A stretch of DNA of 64,000 bases from Desulfobacteraceae bacterium (lineage in GTDB: Bacteria > Desulfobacterota > Desulfobacteria > Desulfobacterales > JAABSP01), in NCBI GenBank assembly GCA_011390345.1, contig JAABSP010000012.1:7846-71845 (forward strand). Direction: 5' to 3'. Every line of letters starts with the position of its first letter. The first letter of the stretch is position 1. Positions 1-7,766 of this stretch are shown here, in pieces. The notes under the pieces are model-generated. The model saw nothing but the letters and a program-made list of their open reading frames with translations. It was not told where the DNA came from and ran no database searches. The position numbers and the translations under genes are program-made.

Positions 1-571
1 GGGGAATAATGAGTCCGGCCTGTTCGGCCAAATCCGCGGTGATCCTGCGATTTTGGAATTCGGTGATCAGATTCTCCCATCCCGGCGGGGCGAATCCGAT
101 CTTGAACAATTCCAGAACAGAAGGATCGATCCCGCGCCCTTTCAGGTATTCCCTTGCGGCCCTGCCCCGAGGGCCTTCCAGGGACTGCCGGAAGAAATCC
201 AATGCCGCACCATTGACGGAAAACAGCGCCTCCCGAAGGCGGAGCTTCTGCTTTTCTTCGTCGGACATCTCCTTTTTCGGCAGCTCAATGCCATACCGGT
301 CCGCGAGAATCTTCACGGATTCCGGAAAGGAGAGCCCTTCCTTTTTCATCAGAAAGTTGAAGACATCACCGCCGATTCCGCAGCCGAAACAGTAGTACAT
401 CTGCTTGAGCGGGATGACCGTAAAGGAGGGCGTTTTCTCGGAGTGGAAGGGGCAGAGGCCGACATAATCCTTTCCCGTCTTCTTCAGCACGACGGATTCC
501 GAGACGATCTCCACAATATCGGCAGCGCTTCTGATCTCTGAAATCTTCTCTTCGGGAATGAAACCAGACAC
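1..571 (-). CDS. dnaG: DNA primase DnaG, N-terminal part (gene runs off the window start)
   Basis: Manual minus-strand translation from GTG at 571 gives VSGFIPEEKISEIRSAADIVEIVSESVVLKKTGKDYVGLCPFHSEKTPSFTVIPLKQMYYCFGCGIGGDVFNFLMKKEGLSF... This contains the CHC2 primase zinc finger (CPFHxEKTPSF...CFGCG). A GGAGGG Shine-Dalgarno lies 7 nt upstream of the GTG. The gene is absent from the ORF track because it has a GTG start and no stop inside the window. Confidence 0.85.
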   Translation of the reverse strand, partial: MSGFIPEEKISEIRSAADIVEIVSESVVLKKTGKDYVGLCPFHSEKTPSFTVIPLKQMYYCFGCGIGGDVFNFLMKKEGLSFPESVKILADRYGIELPKKEMSDEEKQKLRLREALFSVNGAALDFFRQSLEGPRGRAAREYLKGRGIDPSVLELFKIGFAPPGWENLITEFQNRRITADLAEQAGLIIP

Positions 572-696
572 TGTCAGACCCTCCACCTGCCGACGCAGCA
601 ACGGAAAAGAGAATGCAATGGCAGAATCGAAAAAAAAGGAGCCGGTTCAAGAGACAAATCGGTTCACCCTATACCGCCAAATTTTCATAAACCTTC

Positions 697-725
697 AGTA
701 TAAGATCCACATACCGAAATGTCAA
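697..725 (-). promoter_or_regulatory. sigma70-like promoter upstream of dnaG (TTGACA-17 nt-TATACT on the minus strand)
   Basis: The minus strand reads TTGACAtttcggtatgtggatctTATACT. The -35 is at 725..720 and the -10 at 702..697. It sits just downstream of the hisA stop and about 120 nt upstream of the dnaG GTG. Confidence 0.45.
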
Positions 726-733
726 GAATATTT

Positions 734-1477
734 TTATGCTCTGTTGCTTCGAGTCTCCCGGCAGAGGCGGATCGCATCACCGAGATCAAGGGTTCCGCTG
801 TAGAGCGCGCGGCCTGTGATAATACCCACCACCCCGGAACTTTCCAGGGGCAGAAGATTTTCAATGTCCTGGAGGGTGGAAACCCCGCCCGAGGCCACCA
901 CCGGAATCGAGATCGCCTCGGCAAGCTTTCTGGTGGCTTCGATATTGGGGCCTGTCTCCATTCCGTCCCGATGGATATCGGTGAAGTTGATCGCTGTAAC
1001 CCCGGCATCTTCCAGTTCCCGTGCCAGGTCCGCGGCATCGGTGTCGGTGGTCTCGGTCCATCCCTCGATGGCAACTCTGCCGTCTCTGGCGTCGATGCCC
1101 ACAACGATCCGTCCCGGATAGGACTTGCAGACCCTGCGGACCATCTCCGGATTCCGGATGGCCTCGGTTCCGATCACGACCCGGGCCACACCGAGATCGA
1201 GATACATCCCCACGGTCTCCTCGTTCCGGATGCCGCCGCCCACCTGGATGTCGGCCTCGACCGTATCCAGGATCTTTTGGATCGCATCGAGGTTTTCGGG
1301 CCGCTTTCCGACCGCGCCGTTCAGATCGACCACATGGATCAGCTCGGCCCCGGCCTTCTCCCACCGAGCGGCCATTGCCGCAGGATCATCGGAGAAGACG
1401 GTCTCCGCATCCATGCGGCCCTGGAGCAGCCGCACACATCTGCCATCCTTGATATCAACTGCCGGAATTATAATCAT
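734..1477 (-). CDS. hisA: ProFAR isomerase HisA (1-(5-phosphoribosyl)-5-[(5-phosphoribosylamino)methylideneamino]imidazole-4-carboxamide isomerase)
   Basis: MIIIPAVDIKDGRCVRLLQGRMD...VGGGIRN...ASGGVS are classic HisA motifs. I chose the start at 1477, where its ATG overlaps the upstream stop as ATGA. The track ORF start at 1540 adds 21 unlikely residues. Confidence 0.93.
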   Translation of the reverse strand: MIIIPAVDIKDGRCVRLLQGRMDAETVFSDDPAAMAARWEKAGAELIHVVDLNGAVGKRPENLDAIQKILDTVEADIQVGGGIRNEETVGMYLDLGVARVVIGTEAIRNPEMVRRVCKSYPGRIVVGIDARDGRVAIEGWTETTDTDAADLARELEDAGVTAINFTDIHRDGMETGPNIEATRKLAEAISIPVVASGGVSTLQDIENLLPLESSGVVGIITGRALYSGTLDLGDAIRLCRETRSNRA

Positions 1478-2178
1478 CGCAAAAAAGGCTTGAGTACATG
1501 TTTCATTGCGCCGATGGCCATCTGCTCCGCAGTGACCCACTGCCCCTCCCGTTCCAGAAAGCTCTCGATCTGGAAGAGGTCTTCGCTCAGCGCATGCTGG
1601 GTCTCGTCGAAATAGCCGGTCCAGATCAGCCGGCCGCTGTCGGCCATGATAAAGTGGACATCAAATGCTACCGATGCCGGAACGGTCGCGGCAAAGGTCT
1701 TTCCCACCCGCTGGCGAAACCGGTAGAGGTGGCCCGCCACCACGATGTCTGCGTCCGCGCTTCTTCCCATTTCAGAGAGGCGGCGCAGGGCATCTGCCCC
1801 GATTTTTCCCTCGTCAAGGGCATCGGCCTTTGCTCCCCGGGCGCTGTCCTGGGGAATGACATCAAAGCGGGTCTCATTTTGAAGCAGGGTGTAGAGGTTC
1901 TGGGTCATCAGCCCCAAGGCTCCTTCGGGAACAGGGCCGGTCATGAAGATATTGCCGGAGAGGGGACAGCGGATATTCCGATGGCTCCCGTCCGGTTCCG
2001 CAAGGCTCTGGAAATCGACCACCAGAAGCTTCTCTTTGCCGGAAAGATCGGGTGTGGGATCGACAACAGCCCTGCTGGGCTGGCACGCCGAAATCGCAAA
2101 AATGAGCAGAACAGTCAAAAACAACAGGAATTTCCCGCGAAGCAACACATGGCCCGGCAAACAGGTCCGATGGATCAT
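1474..2178 (-). CDS. putative lipoprotein of unknown function embedded between hisB and hisA
   Basis: Signal peptide plus lipobox (LLIFAISAC). The RBS GAAGGGGGG lies 6 nt upstream of the ATG. The stop overlaps the hisA start. I recognise no family with confidence. Confidence 0.75.
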   Translation of the reverse strand: MIHRTCLPGHVLLRGKFLLFLTVLLIFAISACQPSRAVVDPTPDLSGKEKLLVVDFQSLAEPDGSHRNIRCPLSGNIFMTGPVPEGALGLMTQNLYTLLQNETRFDVIPQDSARGAKADALDEGKIGADALRRLSEMGRSADADIVVAGHLYRFRQRVGKTFAATVPASVAFDVHFIMADSGRLIWTGYFDETQHALSEDLFQIESFLEREGQWVTAEQMAIGAMKHVLKPFLR

Positions 2179-2200
2179 CGACTACCCCCCTTCAGTGGTT

Positions 2201-2800
2201 TTACAATACCCCCTTGGAAGAGCGGACCCCGCTGATCCGCCGATCAAAGGAGACGGCCTCATCCAGAGCCCGTCCCGTGGCCTTGAAGATGGCCTCTATC
2301 ATATGGTGCTGGTTCTCACCGTACAGGAGCCGGATATGAAGATTCATCCCTCCCCGTACCGAAAATGCCCGAAAGAACTCCTTGGCCAGATGGATATCAA
2401 AGGGCCCCCCGGGATCTTTCGGCTCGGGAACCCCATATACCAGATAGGGGCGGCGGGAGAGATCCAGGGCCACATCCGCGAGGGACTCATCCATGGGAAC
2501 GATGGAATGGCCGTATCGGCGGATCGATTTCCGATCCCCCAGAGCCGCGTCGAATGCATCGCCCAGGGCAAGTCCTACATCCTCTACCGTATGGTGTCCG
2601 TCCACATGCAGATCCCCATCGGCCCGGACAGCGAGATCGAAGAGGCCGTGAACCGCAAAGAGTGTGAGCATATGGTCGAAAAACCCGATGCCGGTCCGGA
2701 TCTCATGGGTTCCGGAACCGTCGAGGTTCAGGCGGATGGAGATGTCGGTCTCGGCGGTTTTACTATGAATGGACGCGGTTCGATCCGCAGATGATCCCAT
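2201..2800 (-). CDS. hisB: imidazoleglycerol-phosphate dehydratase HisB
   Basis: ETDISIRLNLDGSG...GIGFFDHML...DLHVDGHHTVEDVGLALG...MNLHI...GENQHHMIEAIFKA are canonical IGPD motifs. Confidence 0.93.
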   Translation of the reverse strand: MGSSADRTASIHSKTAETDISIRLNLDGSGTHEIRTGIGFFDHMLTLFAVHGLFDLAVRADGDLHVDGHHTVEDVGLALGDAFDAALGDRKSIRRYGHSIVPMDESLADVALDLSRRPYLVYGVPEPKDPGGPFDIHLAKEFFRAFSVRGGMNLHIRLLYGENQHHMIEAIFKATGRALDEAVSFDRRISGVRSSKGVL

Positions 2801-2925
2801 AGAGATTCAGGTCCGCAGTGATAGAGGATGGGTTGAAGGTTGGTTCAAGGCGCTGTATGAAGGACACCGGAAATCGATGCTGGATGGTGGCATCAAATCT
2901 ATTTCGGTCTTGTTTCAAAATAAAA

Positions 2926-3001
2926 TGGTGGAGATGAGGGGATTCGAACCCCTGGCCTCAGCATTGCGAACGCTGCGCTCTCCCAACTGAGCTACATCCC
3001 C
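2926..3001 (-). tRNA. tRNA-Ala (anticodon CGC), CCA encoded
   Basis: The minus strand reads GGGGATGTAGCTCAGTTGGGAGAGCGCAGCGTTCGCAATGCTGAGGCCAGGGGTTCGAATCCCCTCATCTCCACCA. It folds as a cloverleaf with the G3:U70 alanine identity pair. The anticodon loop is TTCGCAA, giving anticodon CGC. The T-loop is GGTTCGAATCC. Confidence 0.9.
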
Positions 3002-3067
3002 ACAGTCAATTCAACTTTTATACAGATGAATTTTCCATCCGTCAATAAAAAACTTGTCTTATGCGCT

Positions 3068-3125
3068 AAAAAATGTTCAACTCTATCTTTTTTCTCTACA
3101 GCCCGGGTCCGGTTGAACATTTTTT
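3068..3125. promoter_or_regulatory. 14-bp perfect inverted repeat (AAAAAATGTTCAAC ... GTTGAACATTTTTT) with a 30-nt spacer, between tRNA-Ala and the YcaO-TPR gene
   Basis: The arms at 3068..3081 and 3112..3125 are exact reverse complements. The element lies in the divergent promoter region. Confidence 0.3.
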
Positions 3126-3151
3126 CGGGACACGGGTTTTCGGGACACGGG
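3122..3151 (+). promoter_or_regulatory. tandem 15-bp direct repeat (TTTTCGGGACACGGG x2) abutting a TATAAAAT -10-like box
   Basis: Two perfect copies lie at 3122..3136 and 3137..3151. They are followed by ccTATAAAAT (3154..3161), then GGAG and the ATG at 3180. There is no -35 match, so this looks like an activator-dependent promoter. Confidence 0.35.
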
Positions 3152-3179
3152 CCTATAAAATAGCGAGACGGAGATTTCC

Positions 3180-4925
3180 ATGAAGATACCCGAAAGATGC
3201 ATCCTCAAACCCAGAGATGTCCGCAAGACCTATTCCCATGACCAGGACAAGATCATCCCGCCCCATGAGACCCTGACCCGGTTCCGGGAGCGTCTGGCAG
3301 GTCTCGAACTCGACATCCTGCAGGAGACAGAGCGGATCGACAACGGACGGCTGGACATCCCGGTCTATTTCAGCACATGCGGAAAAGACGCGGCAGCCGC
3401 CACCGGAACCCGGAAGCAGATGGGGAAAGGGGCCGCGCCCGGGCAGGCCGAGGCGAGCGCGGTCATGGAGCTGGCAGAGCGCTTCAGCTTCTTCACTTTT
3501 TTGGGGAATCCTGAGAACTTCATCACGGAGAAGCTGGTCAATATCAAAGAAGATGCACTCCCTTTTTCCGAGATCGCACAGTCGGTACATGACACCTCTC
3601 GGGATCTGGAGAAGGCGCAGCAGGTCTTTGAAAACCTCTCCCTCCGGTGGACCTGGGGGTATGATCTTGGGGCGGAAAAGCCGGTACTCATCCCATTTGA
3701 CTGGTTCTACGCCATCAATGAATTCAACGGCCCCTCTGCCGGAAACTGCATGGAGGAGGCGATGGTGCAGGGGATCTGCGAGGTGGTGGAGCGCCATGTC
3801 TGCGCGATCGCCAGCCGAAACCGGCTGACCCTGCCGGCCATCCGCCCCGAATCGGCCACTGACCCTGCGGTGATGGAGATGCTGGAGAAGTATAAAAGAG
3901 CGGGGATCGAGGTCTTTCTCTCCGATTTCACGATGGATATGGGCATCCCCACCGTCGGGGTGCTCGCGTATGATCCGGAGACCTTTCCGGAGAAGAGCGA
4001 GATGGTCTGGACCGCGGGAACCGCACCCGATCCCCAGAAGGCATTGAGCCGGGCCCTCACCGAGACCGCACAGCTCGCGGGGGACTTCAACTCCGGAACC
4101 AGCTATGTGGCCAGCGGCCTTCCCAAGCTGACCAGCCTCTCCGAGGCGCACTTTCTCACCCACCCTGAAACTCATGTGGCGATCACGGATCTGCCGGATA
4201 TTTCAGATCAGAATCTGAAGACGGAGATCGAACGGGCTGTCTCCTGCATCTGCCAAAGGGGAATGCGGGTCTACTGCGTCAATACGACCCATCCGGAGCT
4301 TCAGATCCCCGCGCTCTACACCATCATTCCGGGGGCACGATTCCGGGAGCGGACCCAGGGGACGGGCGTCGGCATGTTTATGGCAAAGCTGATCGCGGAA
4401 AACCATCCGCCCCAAGAGGCTCTGGAGAAGATCAAAGAGATGGAGGGGGTGATGGGGAGGAAATACTACACTCGATTTCAGGCCGGCCTATCGACTCTCA
4501 ACATGGGAAAGCCGAGAGAGGCGCTCTTCATCTTCGAGGAGGCCATCGCGCTCGATCCGACCCTCCAGGATCTGGTGAGCATCTACTCATATATGGGCGT
4601 CGGATTGAAAGAGATGGAAGCCTATAAAAAGGCTCTGATCGTTCTGAAGAAGGGGGCTGCCATCGACAGCGGCCGCACCGACATCCACAACCTCATAGGC
4701 TTCTGCAACTTCAAGCTGAAGAACCACAAGGCCGCGATCCAAGCCTTCGAGAAGGTGCTGGCCATCGATCCGGGATCGGCCATCGACTATGCCAACATCG
4801 CAACCAACTATCGGGAGCTGGGGGACAGAGACAGCGCCATCGAATACTACCTCAAAGCCTTGACAATCGACCCTTCCATCGAATTTGCAAGGGAAAATCT
4901 GGACAAACTCCGGACGGGGAAGTAG
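3180..4925 (+). CDS. YcaO-domain protein fused to C-terminal TPR repeats
   Basis: The YcaO core signature is present: GTRKQMGKGAAPGQAEASAVMELAERFSFF, then ...SAGNCMEEAMVQGICEVVERH...GIPTVGV. The C-terminal ~170 aa are TPR-like (ALFIFEEAIALDP..., AIQAFEKVLAIDP..., AIEYYLKALTIDP...). Confidence 0.9.
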   Translation: MKIPERCILKPRDVRKTYSHDQDKIIPPHETLTRFRERLAGLELDILQETERIDNGRLDIPVYFSTCGKDAAAATGTRKQMGKGAAPGQAEASAVMELAERFSFFTFLGNPENFITEKLVNIKEDALPFSEIAQSVHDTSRDLEKAQQVFENLSLRWTWGYDLGAEKPVLIPFDWFYAINEFNGPSAGNCMEEAMVQGICEVVERHVCAIASRNRLTLPAIRPESATDPAVMEMLEKYKRAGIEVFLSDFTMDMGIPTVGVLAYDPETFPEKSEMVWTAGTAPDPQKALSRALTETAQLAGDFNSGTSYVASGLPKLTSLSEAHFLTHPETHVAITDLPDISDQNLKTEIERAVSCICQRGMRVYCVNTTHPELQIPALYTIIPGARFRERTQGTGVGMFMAKLIAENHPPQEALEKIKEMEGVMGRKYYTRFQAGLSTLNMGKPREALFIFEEAIALDPTLQDLVSIYSYMGVGLKEMEAYKKALIVLKKGAAIDSGRTDIHNLIGFCNFKLKNHKAAIQAFEKVLAIDPGSAIDYANIATNYRELGDRDSAIEYYLKALTIDPSIEFARENLDKLRTGK

Positions 4926-4966
4926 AATGAAGAGAGTAACCCCCTAACCAAAAGGAGGCAGGCAAG

Positions 4967-5170
4967 ATGGCACAAAAGACCTATACAGTTCCCAACATCA
5001 GTTGTGGCCACTGCGTCATGAGCATCAAAAACGAGCTGAGCGAGATGGAGGGCGTCAAGTCCGTGGAGGGTGATCCCGATGCCAAGAAGATCACGGTTGA
5101 CTTTGACGCACCGGCCAGCGAGGAGAAGATCGTCGGCAAAATGAAGGAGATCAACTACCCGCCGTCCTGA
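4967..5170 (+). CDS. copZ: heavy-metal-associated (HMA) domain protein, CopZ-like metallochaperone
   Basis: The 67-aa product has the motif SCGHCVMSIKNEL...GV..V and a ferredoxin-like HMA pattern. A strong RBS, AAAGGAGG, lies upstream. The gene starts 41 nt after the YcaO-TPR stop. Confidence 0.8.
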   Translation: MAQKTYTVPNISCGHCVMSIKNELSEMEGVKSVEGDPDAKKITVDFDAPASEEKIVGKMKEINYPPS

Positions 5171-5194
5171 TGCCCCTTTTTCGCTGTAGACCTG

Positions 5195-7546
5195 TCATAC
5201 AGACGCCTCGGCCCGATTGCGGGCCGAGGCATCGCTCTTTTCGGCCTCTTCTGCCAGCGCCGCTTTCAGCTCTTCGATCTGCTTTTCAATGGCCGCGCCC
5301 CTCTCCCCGATCTCCTTCAACGCCTTCGGGTCAGCCCCTTTCTTTTTGGGCCCCTGGTTTCCCACCAGGTCGGCAATAGCGGCCAAATCGGCCTCATATC
5401 CGCCGAACCGTTCCACCAGCTCCCGGTTGAGGTGATCTGACGCGCCGTGGGCCAGCTTGAAGAGGTACTGATACTTGAGGTTCTCCCGGTAATCCTTGAA
5501 ATGAAACCTGATAGATCCCAGCGCCTCTGCCCGCAATCGGGTCACTCCGTCCTTCAATGCCCGGATCTGTGTTCCGCCGTCCCCTTCCCGCCCGAAGAGC
5601 TTTTTGATAAGCCTGCCCAGGGAATAGACCCCGAAACGGATCACGGCCTCGGTCTTGATCCGGGCGCTGTAGCGCATCGCGGCCCTTGCCGGGGGCAGCT
5701 TGATCTTTTTCGTCTGCCGGATCCTGTCCATGTCCGGATTTTCGATGCTTCTGCCGTTGCGGCCGATTCCGGAGATCCCGAAGCCTTCCAAAGAGCGGTT
5801 GTATTCGTCCAGCGCATCGGCCAGCATCACATCATAGGGGCCCGTCACCGATTCGAAAAAGGAGAGGATCTTCTGCTCTTCGGCCTTGATGAACCGGATG
5901 ATCTCCGGGTTGACGGTCTCGGCCATGTAGCCGTCCACCGATCGCTTGAACTCCTGAAAGATCCGGTACATCTCCCTGGAGATCCGTTTTTTCCTTCCGG
6001 CCTCATCCTTCTTCTCGCCCTTGGGAGCCGGTGCAGAAGCGGGATAGGTGACGGGGCAGTTTTCCACGAACCGAAACAGATCCGGGAGAATGCTTTTGCG
6101 TCCGACCGGGTCGAAAAACCGATCCGCATCGGTCTTCAACTCTCCCTTGAGGCGCTGGGCCGCGCCGTCCAGGGTAGAGCGGATCATGGAACGGATTCCG
6201 GCCATCTTCTCCTGGTGGAACCGGATTTTTTGGACGATCTTCTCCCCCCCCTCGGGCCGCTGCTCGGACAGCTCCCGGGCCACCCGGACCTGGTGACCCG
6301 CGGCCGCGGCAATTGCCGACAGCTTTTCGAGCCCGTTTTTGAAGATCAGATGGTTCCGCTTCTCCGTCAGATGGTACCGGAAATCGGCAAGGAAGTTGTT
6401 TCTCCCCGCTCTGGAATAATCGGTAAGATCCGGCTCCTTCTCCCAGGCTTCGACGCGGCCCTGCTCCTTTTCGGAAAGAGAGGAACCCTCAGCCATAAAG
6501 AGATGGTGGAGCGCGGAAAAGGCATGGAGGGCCGGATCGGGAATGATCCTTCCGATCTCCGATTCGATCCTTTCGATCAAAGGGGTCAGCTCCGAAAGTC
6601 CGGGATGCTCATCCAGGTCGATATTGACAACAAAGAGGATCTGCTCCCCCATCCCCATCCGGCGCAGCATGTTCAGAAACCGGATGTCGGCCTGGCGCAG
6701 TCCTGTGCGGCTGCTGACCACATAGACGATCAGATGAGCCCCGGCAAGATAGTCCTGGATCATGGCCATGTGCCACGGGTTGGGAGAGTCGCTCCCCTGG
6801 CAGTCCGCGACCTCGGTGTTTTCATCCAGCAGATCCGCGTCGATGGTCAGTGAGAGATCGGAAAGATAGACCGCCAGCCGGTCATCGCCGGAAAACCGCT
6901 GGTGCTGGGGAAAGTCCCCGGCCTTATAGGTCTTGACCAGACTCTCCTTTTCCGCCAGAATCCCCGAGACTTCCGGATATCCCAGCAGAAAGGTCTCCAG
7001 CAGAACCGTGTCCGGGTTCCGTGTATCCTCTTCGATCCACTGTTCCGGCTTCAATGAGTGCAGCGCCGATGCAACGGCCTCCCGGTGATCCTCCTTCCGG
7101 ATATCGAATTCCGTCTCCTCCCACTGCCGGTCCGGAAAGAGGGTGAGTGCCCGCTGCATCTCCCCATTGACCTCCTCCCAGGATTTGAAGGTGAGCTGCG
7201 CGGTGAGCTTTTCCCCCTTTCGGATCCGGGTGACTATGGAGGTGACCACCCCGGCCCCCCGCTTGAGATAGTCCCTGCCCATGAGAGCATTGACAAAGGT
7301 ACTCTTTCCCGATTTGATGGGACCCACCACAGCGGTATGAACCGTGGAGAATTCATCGGGCTTCCGAACCTGTCGGCAGATCCCCTTCCATCGCTCTATA
7401 GGTTCGCCGTCGATCTTCAGCGCACTCTCCATCCGATCCAGCAGGGAGAGAAGCTCCCCCCCCACATCAAAAAGATCCTCCCGTTCAAAGCGGTCTTTTT
7501 CCACTTTCCTTCCTTGTTCCCCGTCCGATTCTATGCTATAGTTCAT
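5195..7546 (-). CDS. bacterial dynamin-like GTPase (BDLP/DynA family)
   Basis: G1 P-loop VVGPIKSGKSTFVNALMG. The dynamin-type G domain continues with DCQG...D and ...VVNIDLD (the NKxD-equivalent region). A long helical stalk makes up the rest of the 783 aa. Confidence 0.85.
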   Translation of the reverse strand: MNYSIESDGEQGRKVEKDRFEREDLFDVGGELLSLLDRMESALKIDGEPIERWKGICRQVRKPDEFSTVHTAVVGPIKSGKSTFVNALMGRDYLKRGAGVVTSIVTRIRKGEKLTAQLTFKSWEEVNGEMQRALTLFPDRQWEETEFDIRKEDHREAVASALHSLKPEQWIEEDTRNPDTVLLETFLLGYPEVSGILAEKESLVKTYKAGDFPQHQRFSGDDRLAVYLSDLSLTIDADLLDENTEVADCQGSDSPNPWHMAMIQDYLAGAHLIVYVVSSRTGLRQADIRFLNMLRRMGMGEQILFVVNIDLDEHPGLSELTPLIERIESEIGRIIPDPALHAFSALHHLFMAEGSSLSEKEQGRVEAWEKEPDLTDYSRAGRNNFLADFRYHLTEKRNHLIFKNGLEKLSAIAAAAGHQVRVARELSEQRPEGGEKIVQKIRFHQEKMAGIRSMIRSTLDGAAQRLKGELKTDADRFFDPVGRKSILPDLFRFVENCPVTYPASAPAPKGEKKDEAGRKKRISREMYRIFQEFKRSVDGYMAETVNPEIIRFIKAEEQKILSFFESVTGPYDVMLADALDEYNRSLEGFGISGIGRNGRSIENPDMDRIRQTKKIKLPPARAAMRYSARIKTEAVIRFGVYSLGRLIKKLFGREGDGGTQIRALKDGVTRLRAEALGSIRFHFKDYRENLKYQYLFKLAHGASDHLNRELVERFGGYEADLAAIADLVGNQGPKKKGADPKALKEIGERGAAIEKQIEELKAALAEEAEKSDASARNRAEASV
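5205..5230. terminator. GC-rich hairpin between convergent copZ-like and dynamin-like genes (possible bidirectional terminator)
   Basis: GCCTCGGCCC-gattgc-GGGCCGAGGC forms a 10-bp perfect stem. On the plus strand it is followed by atcgctctttt. It overlaps the last codons of the dynamin-like ORF. Confidence 0.4.
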
Positions 7547-7607
7547 CTTGTATTCAAAATCACCTTTTTAACGAGGCGAGTAAAAAAACCCTTTCAACCA
7601 TCGATCC

Positions 7608-7754
7608 ATGTCGAAAAAAAAACCCGAGTGTCCGCTGTACAATCCGTTGAACTGCAAAGAATACAACAACCCTAAGCTTTGCGCGTTCTCGAGGAAAGAC
7701 AAGATCTGCCTCAAAAAGCAGAAGCCGCAGACCAAAAAAAGGGCTTATCGGTAG
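7608..7754 (+). CDS. possible small basic Cys-containing protein (48 aa), not in the ORF track
   Basis: Manual translation gives MSKKKPECPLYNPLNCKEYNNPKLCAFSRKDKICLKKQKPQTKKRAYR. It fills most of the 220-nt gap between algH and the dynamin-like gene but lies on the opposite strand. No clear Shine-Dalgarno is present. Confidence 0.3.
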   Translation: MSKKKPECPLYNPLNCKEYNNPKLCAFSRKDKICLKKQKPQTKKRAYR

Positions 7755-7766
7755 CGTGAAAGGGGA

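Noticed and set aside
5447-6853. 468-aa plus-strand ORF inside the dynamin-like gene, and similar antisense ORFs at 1498-2235, 3153-4175, 8384-9313, 11935-12942, 14113-15430, 21410-22789, 23221-23937, 24386-25096, 26282-27346, 27412-28116, 35084-36034, 37392-38120, 39428-40267, 43851-44930, 46144-46842, 52742-53638, 56500-57456 and 61887-62984
   Set aside because: Each lies fully within a gene on the opposite strand that has clear family motifs. The antisense products are Arg/Gly/Pro/His-rich with no recognisable domains and no RBS.
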